Notes under the pieces: model-generated
What the model was told of the DNA's origin: nothing
Databases searched by the model: none
Seen by the model: the letters and a program-made list of their open reading frames with translations, nothing else
Part shown: positions 28,681 to 37,820 of the stretch, one piece after another
How positions within the stretch are numbered: the first letter of the stretch is position 1
Layout of the letters: every line of letters begins with the position of its first letter
Position numbers and translations under genes: made by a program
Assembly (NCBI GenBank): GCA_017936745.1
Contig: JAGBEY010000001.1
Location: 5,111-69,110 of the forward strand
Direction of reading: 5' to 3'
DNA from: Clostridia bacterium
GTDB lineage: Bacteria; Bacillota; Clostridia; UMGS1840
DNA length: 64,000 nucleotides

Positions 28681-29371
28681 ATTTTGGGATGGAAGCTTCA
28701 AAATATTCCCGCGGATTTACCGGCTCGTTGCTTTTTAACAGCTCAAAATGGAGGTGGTGAGACAAATGATTTTCCGAAATTCCCGTGTCTCCCATACTGC
28801 CGATAACGTCACCCTGCTTCACCACCTGACCTACCTGTACCATTTTGTCACCGGCAAGATTTTTGTAGATGCTTGTAAGCTCGTCAGCATGCTCAATTTC
28901 TACTGTGTAGCCGTGTTCATAATCGAAGTAATTTTGTGTGACAATGCCATCTGCCACGGAGCATACGGGGGTGTTTTTGTCATTTGCAAAATCCATTCCC
29001 AGATGAGTTCGGTAGTCTCCATAGGTTGGCTGAAACACAAAGGCTTCCTCGCTGTATTCTCCTACCACTTCCGCACCGGCTGCCGGAAGAATGACTGATA
29101 CAGGCGTGGAGGTGGGCGCAGGTGTTGGTGTTTGGGTTGCCTCAGGTGTGGCAACAGGGGTAGGGGATGGGAGCGGAGTTCGTTTGGGAATGGGAGTGGG
29201 GGTAGGAATGGGAGAGGGAGTTGGAGTTTTTAAAATGGTGTTGTTGGTTTTTAACGCCAGTTCTTTTTCAAAGTTTGTAGTCAGCGTGTTTCCCACCACT
29301 ACCGTCAGTGTGGTGACGACACCTGCGATGCTAAGTAAAATTAAGGCGGATTTCAGTTTTTTCATAAGCAT
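28679..29371 (-). CDS. membrane-anchored M23/LytM peptidase-domain protein, SpoIIQ-like
   Basis: An N-terminal TM is followed by a Pro/Thr-rich linker (TPTPSPIPTPTPIPKRTPLPSPTPVATPEATQTPTPAPTSTP) and a LytM domain with intact HxxxD (HLGMD) and HxH (HHLHFE). It lies directly downstream of spoIID, as spoIIQ does in some clostridia. The start could instead be 29365. Confidence 0.6.
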   Translation of the reverse strand: MLMKKLKSALILLSIAGVVTTLTVVVGNTLTTNFEKELALKTNNTILKTPTPSPIPTPTPIPKRTPLPSPTPVATPEATQTPTPAPTSTPVSVILPAAGAEVVGEYSEEAFVFQPTYGDYRTHLGMDFANDKNTPVCSVADGIVTQNYFDYEHGYTVEIEHADELTSIYKNLAGDKMVQVGQVVKQGDVIGSMGDTGISENHLSHHLHFELLKSNEPVNPREYFEASIPK

Positions 29372-29422
29372 TTCCTTTCTGTAGGGAGTTTCTACAGAAA
29401 AGTATGTCCTTTTTTTTGGAAT

Positions 29423-30394
29423 CTATACATCATCAATGGCAGAGAGTTCAATTCCTGTGTAATATTTTTTCAGGATTTGGTCGTAGGTGTATCCTTTTTT
29501 CGCCATATCGTTGGCACCGTACTGACTCATTCCCACACCGTGACCGTTTCCCTTGGTAGTGATGGCGATGTGGTCGGAAATCGTAATTTCAAAATGGGTA
29601 GACCGAAGTCCCAAAAGGGTGCGAAGCTCTGTTCCCTTAAATGGCACTCCGCAAAGAGATACGCTTTTTACACTGCCGGTTTCATTTTTTTCCCAGCCCG
29701 AAAACCAGGTTTGGGGATTGTCGGAAAATGTGACTTTCCGTTCACCGTTATTGATTTTTTGTGAAAATTCTTCAAAGGAAAAGGCTTTCGTTTCGGTATA
29801 ACGGGGAGAAGCACTTTCTCCTTCGGACACTACCGAGACAAGATAAGGCAAATCACCACCCCATACATCTCTGGCATTTTCAGTCATACCGCTGGAGGTG
29901 GAATGAAACACGGCAGAAATGGGTTCTCCATTGTAGACGGCAATCTGATTTTTTGTAGCATCTACCGCTTGTTTGATGTGTTGTAAGCCATCGGGATTGT
30001 TTTGGAATTTTTCTTCCAGTTCTGCCGGTGTGAGGTAGGCTTTACAATGGGAGGATTGGGAACAGACATTGGCTTCGGGGTGGTCTTTGTTGGGATAACG
30101 GGAGCGGTTTACCGTGTAGGTTCTTGCGGCAACCGCTTGTGCTTTCAGGGCTTCTGTTTCAAAAGAGGCCGGCATTTCTCCGGCAACCACACCGTATAGA
30201 TATTCTTCTAAGGGGAGGGTTTGCGTTTTCCCTTCGTGCAGCAGTGTCACGGTGTAGCGTTTGGTTTCCGGTTGGCCGGGAGTAGTTTTCGCTCCGTATT
30301 CTGTTCCGAAAAAACCAAAGCCGATGGTAACGGTGGACAACACGCCATATATCACAACAAAGCATAAAAGGGGCAGAATATAAGACTTTTTCAA
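29423..30394 (-). CDS. spoIID: stage II sporulation protein D (lytic transglycosylase)
   Basis: It has an N-terminal TM and the SpoIID motifs LKAQAVAARTY, FHSTSSGMTE and GNGHGVGMSQYGA, and its length of about 320 aa fits. It uses a TTG start. Confidence 0.8.
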   Translation of the reverse strand: MKKSYILPLLCFVVIYGVLSTVTIGFGFFGTEYGAKTTPGQPETKRYTVTLLHEGKTQTLPLEEYLYGVVAGEMPASFETEALKAQAVAARTYTVNRSRYPNKDHPEANVCSQSSHCKAYLTPAELEEKFQNNPDGLQHIKQAVDATKNQIAVYNGEPISAVFHSTSSGMTENARDVWGGDLPYLVSVVSEGESASPRYTETKAFSFEEFSQKINNGERKVTFSDNPQTWFSGWEKNETGSVKSVSLCGVPFKGTELRTLLGLRSTHFEITISDHIAITTKGNGHGVGMSQYGANDMAKKGYTYDQILKKYYTGIELSAIDDV

Positions 30395-30476
30395 GGGTGA
30401 TGTATCCTTTCATAGATGTTTTTTTCATTCTGTCAGACATAAAGGTGACAGTTTTTGGGAAACCATAAAATTTTAC

Positions 30477-30505
30477 TTGCAATTTCGGAAAAAGTATTGT
30501 ATAAT
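30477..30505 (+). promoter_or_regulatory. sigmaA-type promoter upstream of lon
   Basis: TTGCAA (30477-30482) is followed by a 17-nt spacer and TATAAT (30500-30505). Confidence 0.5.
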
Positions 30506-30615
30506 ATTATTTAATGTATATGTGTATCCGTTTAAGAATATACGCCCCTTGGGGCTTGTGATAGAAAAGTTTTGGGATTGCTTTTTAAAAATCCCTATAA
30601 GGAGTATGAAATAAC

Positions 30616-32973
30616 ATGAAAAAAGAAACCGATAAATTGATAGAAGAAATCGTGACCGAAGAGATTGTGGTGCTTCCCTTACGGGGTGTTTCCATTTTTC
30701 CGTACACGGTGATGCACTTAGATGCCCAGCGGAAAATGTCTGTTGCCGCTATTGAATATGCGATGAAGCATAATGTGCCTGTGTTTTTACTGGCGCAGGT
30801 TGACCCCTCGGTAGAGCATCCTGTTGAGGGGGATTTTTACCGCGTGGGGACGATTGCCAATGTCAAACAGCTTCTGAAGCTTCCCAACCGTTGTGTGCGA
30901 GTGCTGGTGGATGCCAGAATCCGTGGAGAAAAGCTGATGGTTTACGAAAGAGACGGGATGCTGTTTGCTCAGGTGAAACGTTGCCCCAGGCAAAGACCGC
31001 TGCGGAAATCCAAACAACTGGAAGCACAGCTTCGTTCCCTAAAGGATGCTTATTCCGAGTATTTTCGTATGGTTGGCAGAATTTCTCCCGATGTGATGGG
31101 GGGCATTTTATCCACCAACGATGTGGAAAAGCTCACTGATATTATCTGCGGCAGTTTGTTTATCGATAATGACGAAAAGCAGTATCTTTTAGAAATTTTA
31201 GACCCGAAAAAAAGAGTGGTGGAGCTGACTAAAATTCTCACCTCTGAAATTGAGCTTTTGCAGCTGGAAATGGAGATTCAGGCAAAGGTGAAAAGTCAGA
31301 TTGACAAAAATCAGCGGGAATATTATTTAAGAGAACAAATCCGCGCCATTCACGAAGAACTGGGTGAGGATGATGACGTTCATTCCGAAGCCGATGAATA
31401 TTTAGAAAAGCTGGAGAATTTAAAGGCAAATCTTTCGGAAGAGTCTTACCTCAAGCTGAAAAAGCAAATCAGCCGCTTCTCCAAAATGCATCCCCATGCT
31501 CAGGAAACCATGGTGGAGCGGAACTATCTGGATACCATTTTTGATTTACCCTGGAATAAGACAACCAAAGAAAAAATCGACATCAAAAAATGTATGGCTA
31601 AATTAGACCGTGACCATTACGGGCTGGAAAAGGTGAAAGAAAAGCTGGTGGAATATCTGTCTGCCAAAAAATTCAATCCCCAAATCAAGGCTCAGATTTT
31701 GTGTCTGGTAGGCCCTCCCGGGGTAGGAAAAACCTCCATTGTGAAGTCCATCGCTGATGCCATTGGCAGAAAATATCAGAGAATATCTCTGGGCGGTGTT
31801 CACGATGAGGCGGAAATCCGCGGTCACAGAAGAACTTACGTGGGAGCAATGCCGGGCAAGATTATGTCTGCCATCCGCACTGCCGGAGTGAAAAATCCGC
31901 TGATTTTGTTAGACGAGATTGATAAATTGGGTAAGGATATGCGTGGCGACCCTGCCAGTGCACTTTTGGAAACCCTGGATAAGGAGCAGAATAACACCTT
32001 TACCGACCATTACATTGATTTACCCTTTGATTTGTCGGAGGTGCTTTTTATCACCACTGCAAATAGCCTGGACACCATTCCCCGTCCTTTATTGGACCGT
32101 ATGGAGGTGATTGAGCTTTCGGGATACACCCGTTACGAAAAATATCGGATTGCAACGGATTATCTTGTGAAAAAGCAGTATAAGGAACACGCCATCACCA
32201 AAAAGCAGATTGCCATAAAAGACAGTGCCATCTATGGTATGATTGATTATTATGTGAGAGAAGCCGGGGTTCGTAATTTAGAGCGGACTATTATCAACCT
32301 AATCCGGAAGGTTGAAAAGGCAATGCTTTTGGAGGGGCAAACAACCCTTACCATTGCTGAAAAAGATTTAGAAACCTATTTAGGAAAGAAAAAATATACC
32401 GTTGACCCCAAAAATGCCAATCCTGAAGTGGGAGCGGCAATGGGACTTGCCTGGACAGCCACCGGAGGCGATACCCTCTTTTGTGAGGCAGTTGCCGTAG
32501 ACGGCAGCGGTAAAATTGAAACCACCGGAAGCTTAGGGGATGTGATGAAAGAATCTGCCCGCATTGCGCTGGCGCATATTCGCTCCATTTCCGACACCTT
32601 GGGGCTGGAAAAAGAGTTTTATAAAAATAAGGATATTCACATTCATTTTCCTGACGGCGCAACTCCAAAAGACGGGCCCTCTGCGGGGATTACCATTGCC
32701 TTAGCAGTTGCCTCCGCCTTAACGGGCAGAAAAATCCGCAACGATGTGGCAATGACGGGAGAAATTTCCATCCGCGGAAAGGTGCTTCCCATCGGGGGAT
32801 TGAAAGAAAAATCCATTTCCGCTCACCGTTCGGGTGTGTTTAACATTATCATTCCCAAGGAAAACGAAAAGGATTTGGAAGAAATCCCGAGAGAAATTAT
32901 TTCCGATTTTTGCTTTATGCCGGTCAGTGAGTTCCGCGAAGTGCTGGAAATTGCACTGTTACCCAAAGAATAA
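30616..32973 (+). CDS. lon: ATP-dependent Lon protease (endopeptidase La)
   Basis: It has a Lon N-terminal domain, the Walker [10 protein letters not shown], and the protease motif [10 protein letters not shown] with the catalytic Ser. Confidence 0.95.
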   Translation: MKKETDKLIEEIVTEEIVVLPLRGVSIFPYTVMHLDAQRKMSVAAIEYAMKHNVPVFLLAQVDPSVEHPVEGDFYRVGTIANVKQLLKLPNRCVRVLVDARIRGEKLMVYERDGMLFAQVKRCPRQRPLRKSKQLEAQLRSLKDAYSEYFRMVGRISPDVMGGILSTNDVEKLTDIICGSLFIDNDEKQYLLEILDPKKRVVELTKILTSEIELLQLEMEIQAKVKSQIDKNQREYYLREQIRAIHEELGEDDDVHSEADEYLEKLENLKANLSEESYLKLKKQISRFSKMHPHAQETMVERNYLDTIFDLPWNKTTKEKIDIKKCMAKLDRDHYGLEKVKEKLVEYLSAKKFNPQIKAQILCLVGPPGVGKTSIVKSIADAIGRKYQRISLGGVHDEAEIRGHRRTYVGAMPGKIMSAIRTAGVKNPLILLDEIDKLGKDMRGDPASALLETLDKEQNNTFTDHYIDLPFDLSEVLFITTANSLDTIPRPLLDRMEVIELSGYTRYEKYRIATDYLVKKQYKEHAITKKQIAIKDSAIYGMIDYYVREAGVRNLERTIINLIRKVEKAMLLEGQTTLTIAEKDLETYLGKKKYTVDPKNANPEVGAAMGLAWTATGGDTLFCEAVAVDGSGKIETTGSLGDVMKESARIALAHIRSISDTLGLEKEFYKNKDIHIHFPDGATPKDGPSAGITIALAVASALTGRKIRNDVAMTGEISIRGKVLPIGGLKEKSISAHRSGVFNIIIPKENEKDLEEIPREIISDFCFMPVSEFREVLEIALLPKE

Positions 32974-33008
32974 GGGCATAACAATCAGAGAGAAAGGATT
33001 ATAAATAT

Positions 33009-34256
33009 ATGGCAAAATTAAGCGCTCCGAAAGGAACAAAAGATATCTTGCCTGCTGAAAGCTACCAGTGGCAGTATGTGGAAGGGTTGCTCAAAGAGAT
33101 TGCAACCGATTTCAACTTTAAAGAACTGAGAACTCCCACTTTTGAATCCACCGAGGTGTTTGCCCGCGGGGTGGGAGATACCACCGATGTGGTAACCAAG
33201 GAAATGTATACCTTTTTGGATAAGGGCGGAAGAAGTGTAACGCTTCGACCGGAGGGTACGGCAGGAATTGCCAGAAGCTTTGTAGAGCACGGGCTGTATG
33301 CAGGGGTGCTTCCTTTAAAGCTTTACTACCTTATTTCCTGCTTCCGTTACGAAAAACCTCAGGCAGGCAGACTCCGTGAATTTCATCAGTTCGGCATTGA
33401 AATGTTGGGAACAACCTCTCCCTTAGCCGATGCGGAAGCCATTTTGTTTGGAAATGAAATTTTCAAACGCCTGAACATCGGAAACATCACCTTGAACTTA
33501 AATAACATCGGCTGTAAGGATTGCCGAAAAGCGTATAACGAAAAATTAAAAGCCTACTTAGAAGAAAAGAAAGAGTCTCTTTGCGAAACCTGTCAGGAAC
33601 GACTGGGCAAAAACCCGATGCGAATTTTCGACTGTAAATCAGAAATCTGTCAGGATTTATTAAAAGATGCTCCCACCATTTTCGACAGTGTGTGTGACGA
33701 TTGTAAAAATCATTTTCAGCAGGTGACTGACGTGCTGGATGCGGTAGGAGTTGCCTACAAAATCGACAAAGGCATCGTACGAGGCTTGGACTACTATTCC
33801 AAAACCGTGTTTGAATTTGTATCCGACAATATCGGTGCACAGGGCACTGTGCTTGGCGGCGGACGATATGACGGCTTGATTGCCGACTTGGGTGGAAACG
33901 ATGCTCCCGGCATCGGTTTTGCTATGGGATTGGAACGGTTGCTTCTCTTGGCAGGAGAATCTCTCCCGACAGAGGATTCCAGGCCAAAGGTTTTCTTCAT
34001 TCCCATCGGAGACGACGCAAAAAAAGCAGTATTAAAACTGGTATATGAGCTTCGTTCCAAGGGTATTTCTGCAGAATTTGATTTGAATAGCCGTTCCGTA
34101 AAGGCACAGATGAAATATGCGGATAAAATCGGTGCGGAATATACCGTGGTGGTAGGCGATGATGAAATCAATCAGAATCAGTATCCCTTAAAAAATATGC
34201 AGACCGGAGAAACCAAACCTGTTTCTCCTGATGCTTTGATACAAGAATTACTGTAA
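33009..34256 (+). CDS. hisS: histidine--tRNA ligase
   Basis: It has class II aaRS motifs including LRPEGTA, FRYEKPQAGRLREFHQ and GGGRYDGL. Confidence 0.95.
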   Translation: MAKLSAPKGTKDILPAESYQWQYVEGLLKEIATDFNFKELRTPTFESTEVFARGVGDTTDVVTKEMYTFLDKGGRSVTLRPEGTAGIARSFVEHGLYAGVLPLKLYYLISCFRYEKPQAGRLREFHQFGIEMLGTTSPLADAEAILFGNEIFKRLNIGNITLNLNNIGCKDCRKAYNEKLKAYLEEKKESLCETCQERLGKNPMRIFDCKSEICQDLLKDAPTIFDSVCDDCKNHFQQVTDVLDAVGVAYKIDKGIVRGLDYYSKTVFEFVSDNIGAQGTVLGGGRYDGLIADLGGNDAPGIGFAMGLERLLLLAGESLPTEDSRPKVFFIPIGDDAKKAVLKLVYELRSKGISAEFDLNSRSVKAQMKYADKIGAEYTVVVGDDEINQNQYPLKNMQTGETKPVSPDALIQELL

Positions 34257-34289
34257 GCTTGATAAGATATCGGAAAGGAAAGAAACACT

Positions 34290-36083
34290 ATGGCAGAAAC
34301 ATTAAAAGGGTTCAAACGAACCAATTATGCAAATGATTTTGATTCTTCCTCCATCGGGCAGACCGTATCGGTTGCCGGTTGGGTGAATAAGCAGAGAGAT
34401 ATCGGGTCTCTGGTCTTTATTGATTTAAGAGACAGAACCGGTTTGGTTCAGATTGTATTTGACGAAACCATCAATGTGGATTTGTTAAACAAGGCAAAAG
34501 GTGTGCATAACGAATATGTTATTGCCGTAACCGGAACAGTTCGTCAGAGAAGCGGTGCGTTTAACAAAAACATCAAAACCGGGGAAATTGAAATTGTGGC
34601 AGAAGAATTACGGGTGCTGTCCGTTTCTGAACCCACTCCCTTTGTGATTGCTTCCGAGGTAGAAGCAAATGACCAGATTAAGCTGAAATACCGCTATCTG
34701 GATTTACGCCGCCCTGAAATGCAGAAAAACATTATGATGCGTCACAAAATTTCTAAAATTGCCAGAGACTATTATGACGAAAACGGCTTTTTGGAAATTG
34801 AAACTCCCTATCTTACCAAGTCTACTCCCGAGGGGGCAAGAGACTATTTAGTGCCCAGCCGTGTGCATCCCGAAAAATTCTATGCGCTGCCGCAGTCCCC
34901 TCAGCTTTATAAACAGCTTTTGATGCTGTCCGGCTTCGACCGTTACATTCAGATTGCAAGATGCTTCCGTGATGAGGACTTAAGAGCAGACCGTCAGCCT
35001 GAATTTACCCAGATTGACTTGGAAATGTCCTTTGTGGAAATGGACGATGTTATCGCCATGAACGAAGGCTTTTTGAAACGGGTATTTAAAGAAGTATTAG
35101 ATATGGATATCCAGACTCCGTTCCTCCGGATGGACTACAAGGAAGCTATGGAACGCTATGGCTCCGATAAGCCGGACAATCGTTTCGGTTTAGAACTGGT
35201 TGACTTGTCCGACGAAGTAAAGGATGTGGAATTTACCGTATTCCAAAACGCTCTCCAGAATGAGGGAAGCGTAAAATGTATCAACGGCGAGGGTATGGGT
35301 GCGAAGCTGTCCCGAAAAGAAATTGATGCACTGGGCGAACTGGTGAAAACCTATGGCGGAAAAGGGCTTGCCTACATCGTTGTGAATGAAGACGGCGTGA
35401 AATCTCCCATCGCCAAATTTATGACCGAAGAACAGCTGAACAGAGTGCTTCAGAAAGCCAATGCCAAGGCGGGGGATATTATTTTAATTGTTGCGGATAA
35501 AACTGATGTGGTTTATACCGTTTTGGGCAGCTTACGTTGCGATTTGGCAAAGAAATTCAAATTATATGACGAAAATTCTTTCTCCTTCCTGTGGGTGGTG
35601 AACTTCCCGCTGTTAGAATTTGATGAAGAAGAAAACCGCTATGTTGCAAAGCATCATCCCTTTACCGCACCTCTGGACGAAGATTTGGATAAGCTGGAAA
35701 CAGCACCCGGTGAGGTTCGTGCAAAAGCATATGATATCGTATTAAACGGAAACGAAATCGGCGGCGGCAGTATCCGTATTTTTGATACCAAGCTTCAGGA
35801 AAAAATGTTTGGTGTGCTTGGTTTCTCCAAAGAAGCGGCACAGGAACGGTTCGGCTTCCTGATGGATGCGTTCCGGTTCGGACCACCTCCCCATGGCGGT
35901 ATGGCATACGGTCTGGACAGATTGTGTATGCTGATGGCAGGTTGTGATTCTATCCGTGATGTCATTGCATTCCCCAAGGTGCAGAATGCATCCGAACTGA
36001 TGACTAATGCTCCCGACTTTGTAGATGACAAACAGCTGACCGACCTGAATATCGTTTGTGTAAAGCCCTCAAACGACCAATGA
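34290..36083 (+). CDS. aspS: aspartate--tRNA ligase
   Basis: It has an OB-fold N-terminus and motifs FRDEDLRADRQPEFTQID, GGGSIRI and PPHGGMAYGLDR. Confidence 0.95.
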   Translation: MAETLKGFKRTNYANDFDSSSIGQTVSVAGWVNKQRDIGSLVFIDLRDRTGLVQIVFDETINVDLLNKAKGVHNEYVIAVTGTVRQRSGAFNKNIKTGEIEIVAEELRVLSVSEPTPFVIASEVEANDQIKLKYRYLDLRRPEMQKNIMMRHKISKIARDYYDENGFLEIETPYLTKSTPEGARDYLVPSRVHPEKFYALPQSPQLYKQLLMLSGFDRYIQIARCFRDEDLRADRQPEFTQIDLEMSFVEMDDVIAMNEGFLKRVFKEVLDMDIQTPFLRMDYKEAMERYGSDKPDNRFGLELVDLSDEVKDVEFTVFQNALQNEGSVKCINGEGMGAKLSRKEIDALGELVKTYGGKGLAYIVVNEDGVKSPIAKFMTEEQLNRVLQKANAKAGDIILIVADKTDVVYTVLGSLRCDLAKKFKLYDENSFSFLWVVNFPLLEFDEEENRYVAKHHPFTAPLDEDLDKLETAPGEVRAKAYDIVLNGNEIGGGSIRIFDTKLQEKMFGVLGFSKEAAQERFGFLMDAFRFGPPPHGGMAYGLDRLCMLMAGCDSIRDVIAFPKVQNASELMTNAPDFVDDKQLTDLNIVCVKPSNDQ

Positions 36084-36104
36084 TTCAATAGCATTTTCCA
36101 GATT

Positions 36105-36155
36105 GTCATTCCGAGGATATCTGAGGAATCTCGGAAAATGCGAGTTCAGAATGAC
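36105..36155. repeat. REP/MITE-like palindromic element, copy A
   Basis: It has the form GTCATTCCGA...TGAGGAATCTC...CAGAATGAC, with terminal inverted GTCATTC/GAATGAC. It shares these termini and the core with the element at 61532-61607. Confidence 0.5.
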
Positions 36156-36210
36156 CTCAGTGCCTAAAGCGGTATTTTCCCAAAGAGAGGGCTAATGATT
36201 GAAACTATGT

Positions 36211-36245
36211 AAGGTTACCCATTCGTGGGTAGCCTTGCTTTTACG
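36211..36245 (+). terminator. putative intrinsic terminator after aspS
   Basis: AAGGTTACCCA-TTCG-TGGGTAGCCTT is followed by GCTTTTA. The stem includes G-U pairs and the T-tract is weak. Confidence 0.45.
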
Positions 36246-36256
36246 GAGAAGAAGTT

Positions 36257-36754
36257 ATGAAAGAAGCAGTTCAGAATTTTTTTGTAAATTTACCCATCCC
36301 CATTTGGCTGAAAATTATGCTTTCCGCTATGATTCCAATGGTGGAGGCTCGTTATTCCATCCTGTTTTTTATGGATAGCGGGATGCCGTATTGGGAGCTT
36401 TATGCTCTGAGTGTGTTGGGGAATATGATTCCCGTGCCCTTTATTATTTATTTGTTTCGTCCTCTGCTTGGCTTTTTGCGAAGAACCAAAGTCTTTTGTA
36501 AGGTTGCCGAAAAACTAGAGGAACGCACGCATAAAAAAGCGGCACAGCTACAGAAGTATTCTGCATGGGGATTGTTCTTTTTTGTAGCACTTCCCGTACC
36601 GGGAACCGGAGCGATTACCGGCTCGATGATTGCTGCCCTTTTGGATATGCGGGAAAAGTATGCACTCCCTGCTGTTTTTATCGGTACCATGGTGGCAACC
36701 TTTATTACCACCGGAGCCATGGGCTTTCTCCAGTGGGTGATTGGTTTATTTTAA
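36257..36754 (+). CDS. small multidrug-export-like membrane protein (COG2426 / Sm_multidrug_ex-like)
   Basis: The 165-aa product has 4 TM segments and the motif VALPVPGTGAITGS typical of this family. Confidence 0.6.
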   Translation: MKEAVQNFFVNLPIPIWLKIMLSAMIPMVEARYSILFFMDSGMPYWELYALSVLGNMIPVPFIIYLFRPLLGFLRRTKVFCKVAEKLEERTHKKAAQLQKYSAWGLFFFVALPVPGTGAITGSMIAALLDMREKYALPAVFIGTMVATFITTGAMGFLQWVIGLF

Positions 36755-36769
36755 CAAAGTATGATGAAG

Positions 36770-36800
36770 AAAGAGCGACAGTATGGCTGTCGTTCTTTTT
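36770..36800 (+). terminator. intrinsic terminator
   Basis: AAGAGCGACAG-TATGG-CTGTCGTTCTT is followed by TTT. Confidence 0.65.
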
Positions 36801-36827
36801 ATGTGAATATGATTTTTCAGAAATAAG

Positions 36828-36856
36828 TGGACAAATCGGGAAAGCTGTGGTACAAT
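36828..36856 (+). promoter_or_regulatory. strong sigmaA-type promoter (extended -10) with no ORF immediately downstream
   Basis: TGGACA (36828-36833) is followed by a 17-nt spacer and TGgTACAAT, whose hexamer lies at 36851-36856. Confidence 0.55.
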
Positions 36857-36860
36857 ATGT

Positions 36861-37076
36861 ATGCTACAACTTTTCAAATGAAAAAACACAATTGCATAAC
36901 ATCATTGCTTGAGGGGTACGCTGATATTGCAAAAAGCGTATGCTCTTGTTTCGTCATACCTTCAAGCAATTGATTGTGTTATGATTTGAAAAGTGTGTAG
37001 CAACCTTTAAGAGACGGAGCTGTGCGTTTTTTGGTGCGTAGCTTTCCTCTTATGGGTGGCTGCGCACTTTTTATTT
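36861..37076 (+). ncRNA. candidate ~210-nt structured RNA (sRNA or cis-acting leader of the downstream SLH gene), unclassified
   Basis: The predicted TSS coincides with the 5' end of a 139-nt imperfect rod hairpin (36863-37001). A hairpin plus T-run terminator follows at 37034-37076. The only ORF here is the 115-aa 36565..36912, which starts inside the upstream gene and has no SD (rejected below). Confidence 0.35.
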
Positions 37077-37169
37077 GTCACTTTATATGGAGGAGAGGAG
37101 GAATCTGCCCGGCTGTAACATCGGCAAATAGGTGACAGCACCACAGCAAAAAAAGAAAGGATTGATTTT

Positions 37170-37820
37170 ATGAAACTGTTGAAACGGGTAGTATGCCTGA
37201 TGTTACTGAGCGCCTTAGTTTGCTCCGCGTTGGCATTTGCCGAACAAACACCGCAGCAGCTTGCAACTGAGGAGCTGAATAAATTATCGGTTATGGTGGG
37301 GAATGAAGCCGGAGATTTGATGCTTCAAAAACCGGTTACCCGTGCAGAAATGGCAACCATTTTATGTCGGTTATCCGGTTTGGAGCAAGCTGCAAAAGAT
37401 GCCGGAATCACTTCTTCGCCATTTTCCGATGTTCCCACAGACCACTGGGCATCGGGCTATATTCAGGTTTGCAAACAAAACGGTGTAATCAACGGATATC
37501 CCGACGGGACCTTTCTTCCGGAACAGGAGATCAGCTATGCGGAAGTCCTGAAAATGTTGGTTGCCGTTTTGGGATACTTGCCCAAAGCAGAATCGAAGGG
37601 GGAATATCCTCATGGTGTTCTGATGATGGCAAATGAACTGGGCATAACAAATGACCTGGTGTTGTTAGCAGAAAAGCCTGCCATTCGCAGTGATGTTGCT
37701 TTGTTTTCTTATCGTGCCTTGGATATTCCGCTTCTGATGCAGGTGTCCTTTGGTGAAGATGCGCAATATCAGGTGATGGAGGGGGTTACCCTGAGAAGCA
37801 CACACTTCGGAGGAAAATAA
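37170..37820 (+). CDS. SLH (S-layer homology) domain protein
   Basis: A signal peptide (..ALAFAEQ) is followed by three SLH-like repeats (for example FSDVPTDHWASGYIQVCKQNGVINGYPDGTFLPEQEISYAEVLKMLV). Confidence 0.7.
   Translation: MKLLKRVVCLMLLSALVCSALAFAEQTPQQLATEELNKLSVMVGNEAGDLMLQKPVTRAEMATILCRLSGLEQAAKDAGITSSPFSDVPTDHWASGYIQVCKQNGVINGYPDGTFLPEQEISYAEVLKMLVAVLGYLPKAESKGEYPHGVLMMANELGITNDLVLLAEKPAIRSDVALFSYRALDIPLLMQVSFGEDAQYQVMEGVTLRSTHFGGK

Noticed and set aside
29091-29384. 97-aa G/V-rich ORF on the plus strand
   Set aside because: It is the antisense shadow of the Pro/Thr-rich linker and TM of the minus-strand M23 gene. It has no SD and is a low-complexity artefact.
30430-30455. Hairpin CTGTCA-N10-TGACAG plus T-run between spoIID and lon, as a CtsR/HrcA-type operator or terminator
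   Set aside because: It matches neither the CtsR heptad repeat nor the CIRCE palindrome. No plus-strand gene lies upstream for it to terminate. It most likely lies in the spoIID 5' UTR or promoter region, and its role is unresolved.
32974-33008. T-box leader upstream of hisS-aspS
   Set aside because: Only 35 nt separate the lon stop from the hisS start, which leaves no room for a T-box (about 200 nt or more). hisS-aspS is probably co-transcribed with lon or uses a promoter inside lon.
36565-36912. 115-aa plus-strand ORF overlapping the end of the small-export-protein gene and the sRNA promoter
   Set aside because: It is an alternative frame of a well-supported membrane-protein gene and crosses a terminator and a promoter. 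It has no SD.
36863-37001. 6S RNA assignment for the rod-like hairpin
   Set aside because: 6S RNA needs a large two-sided central bubble and pairing of the 5' and 3' ends over about 180-200 nt. This rod has only a one-sided 11-nt bulge and is followed by a separate terminator hairpin. I therefore left it unclassified.
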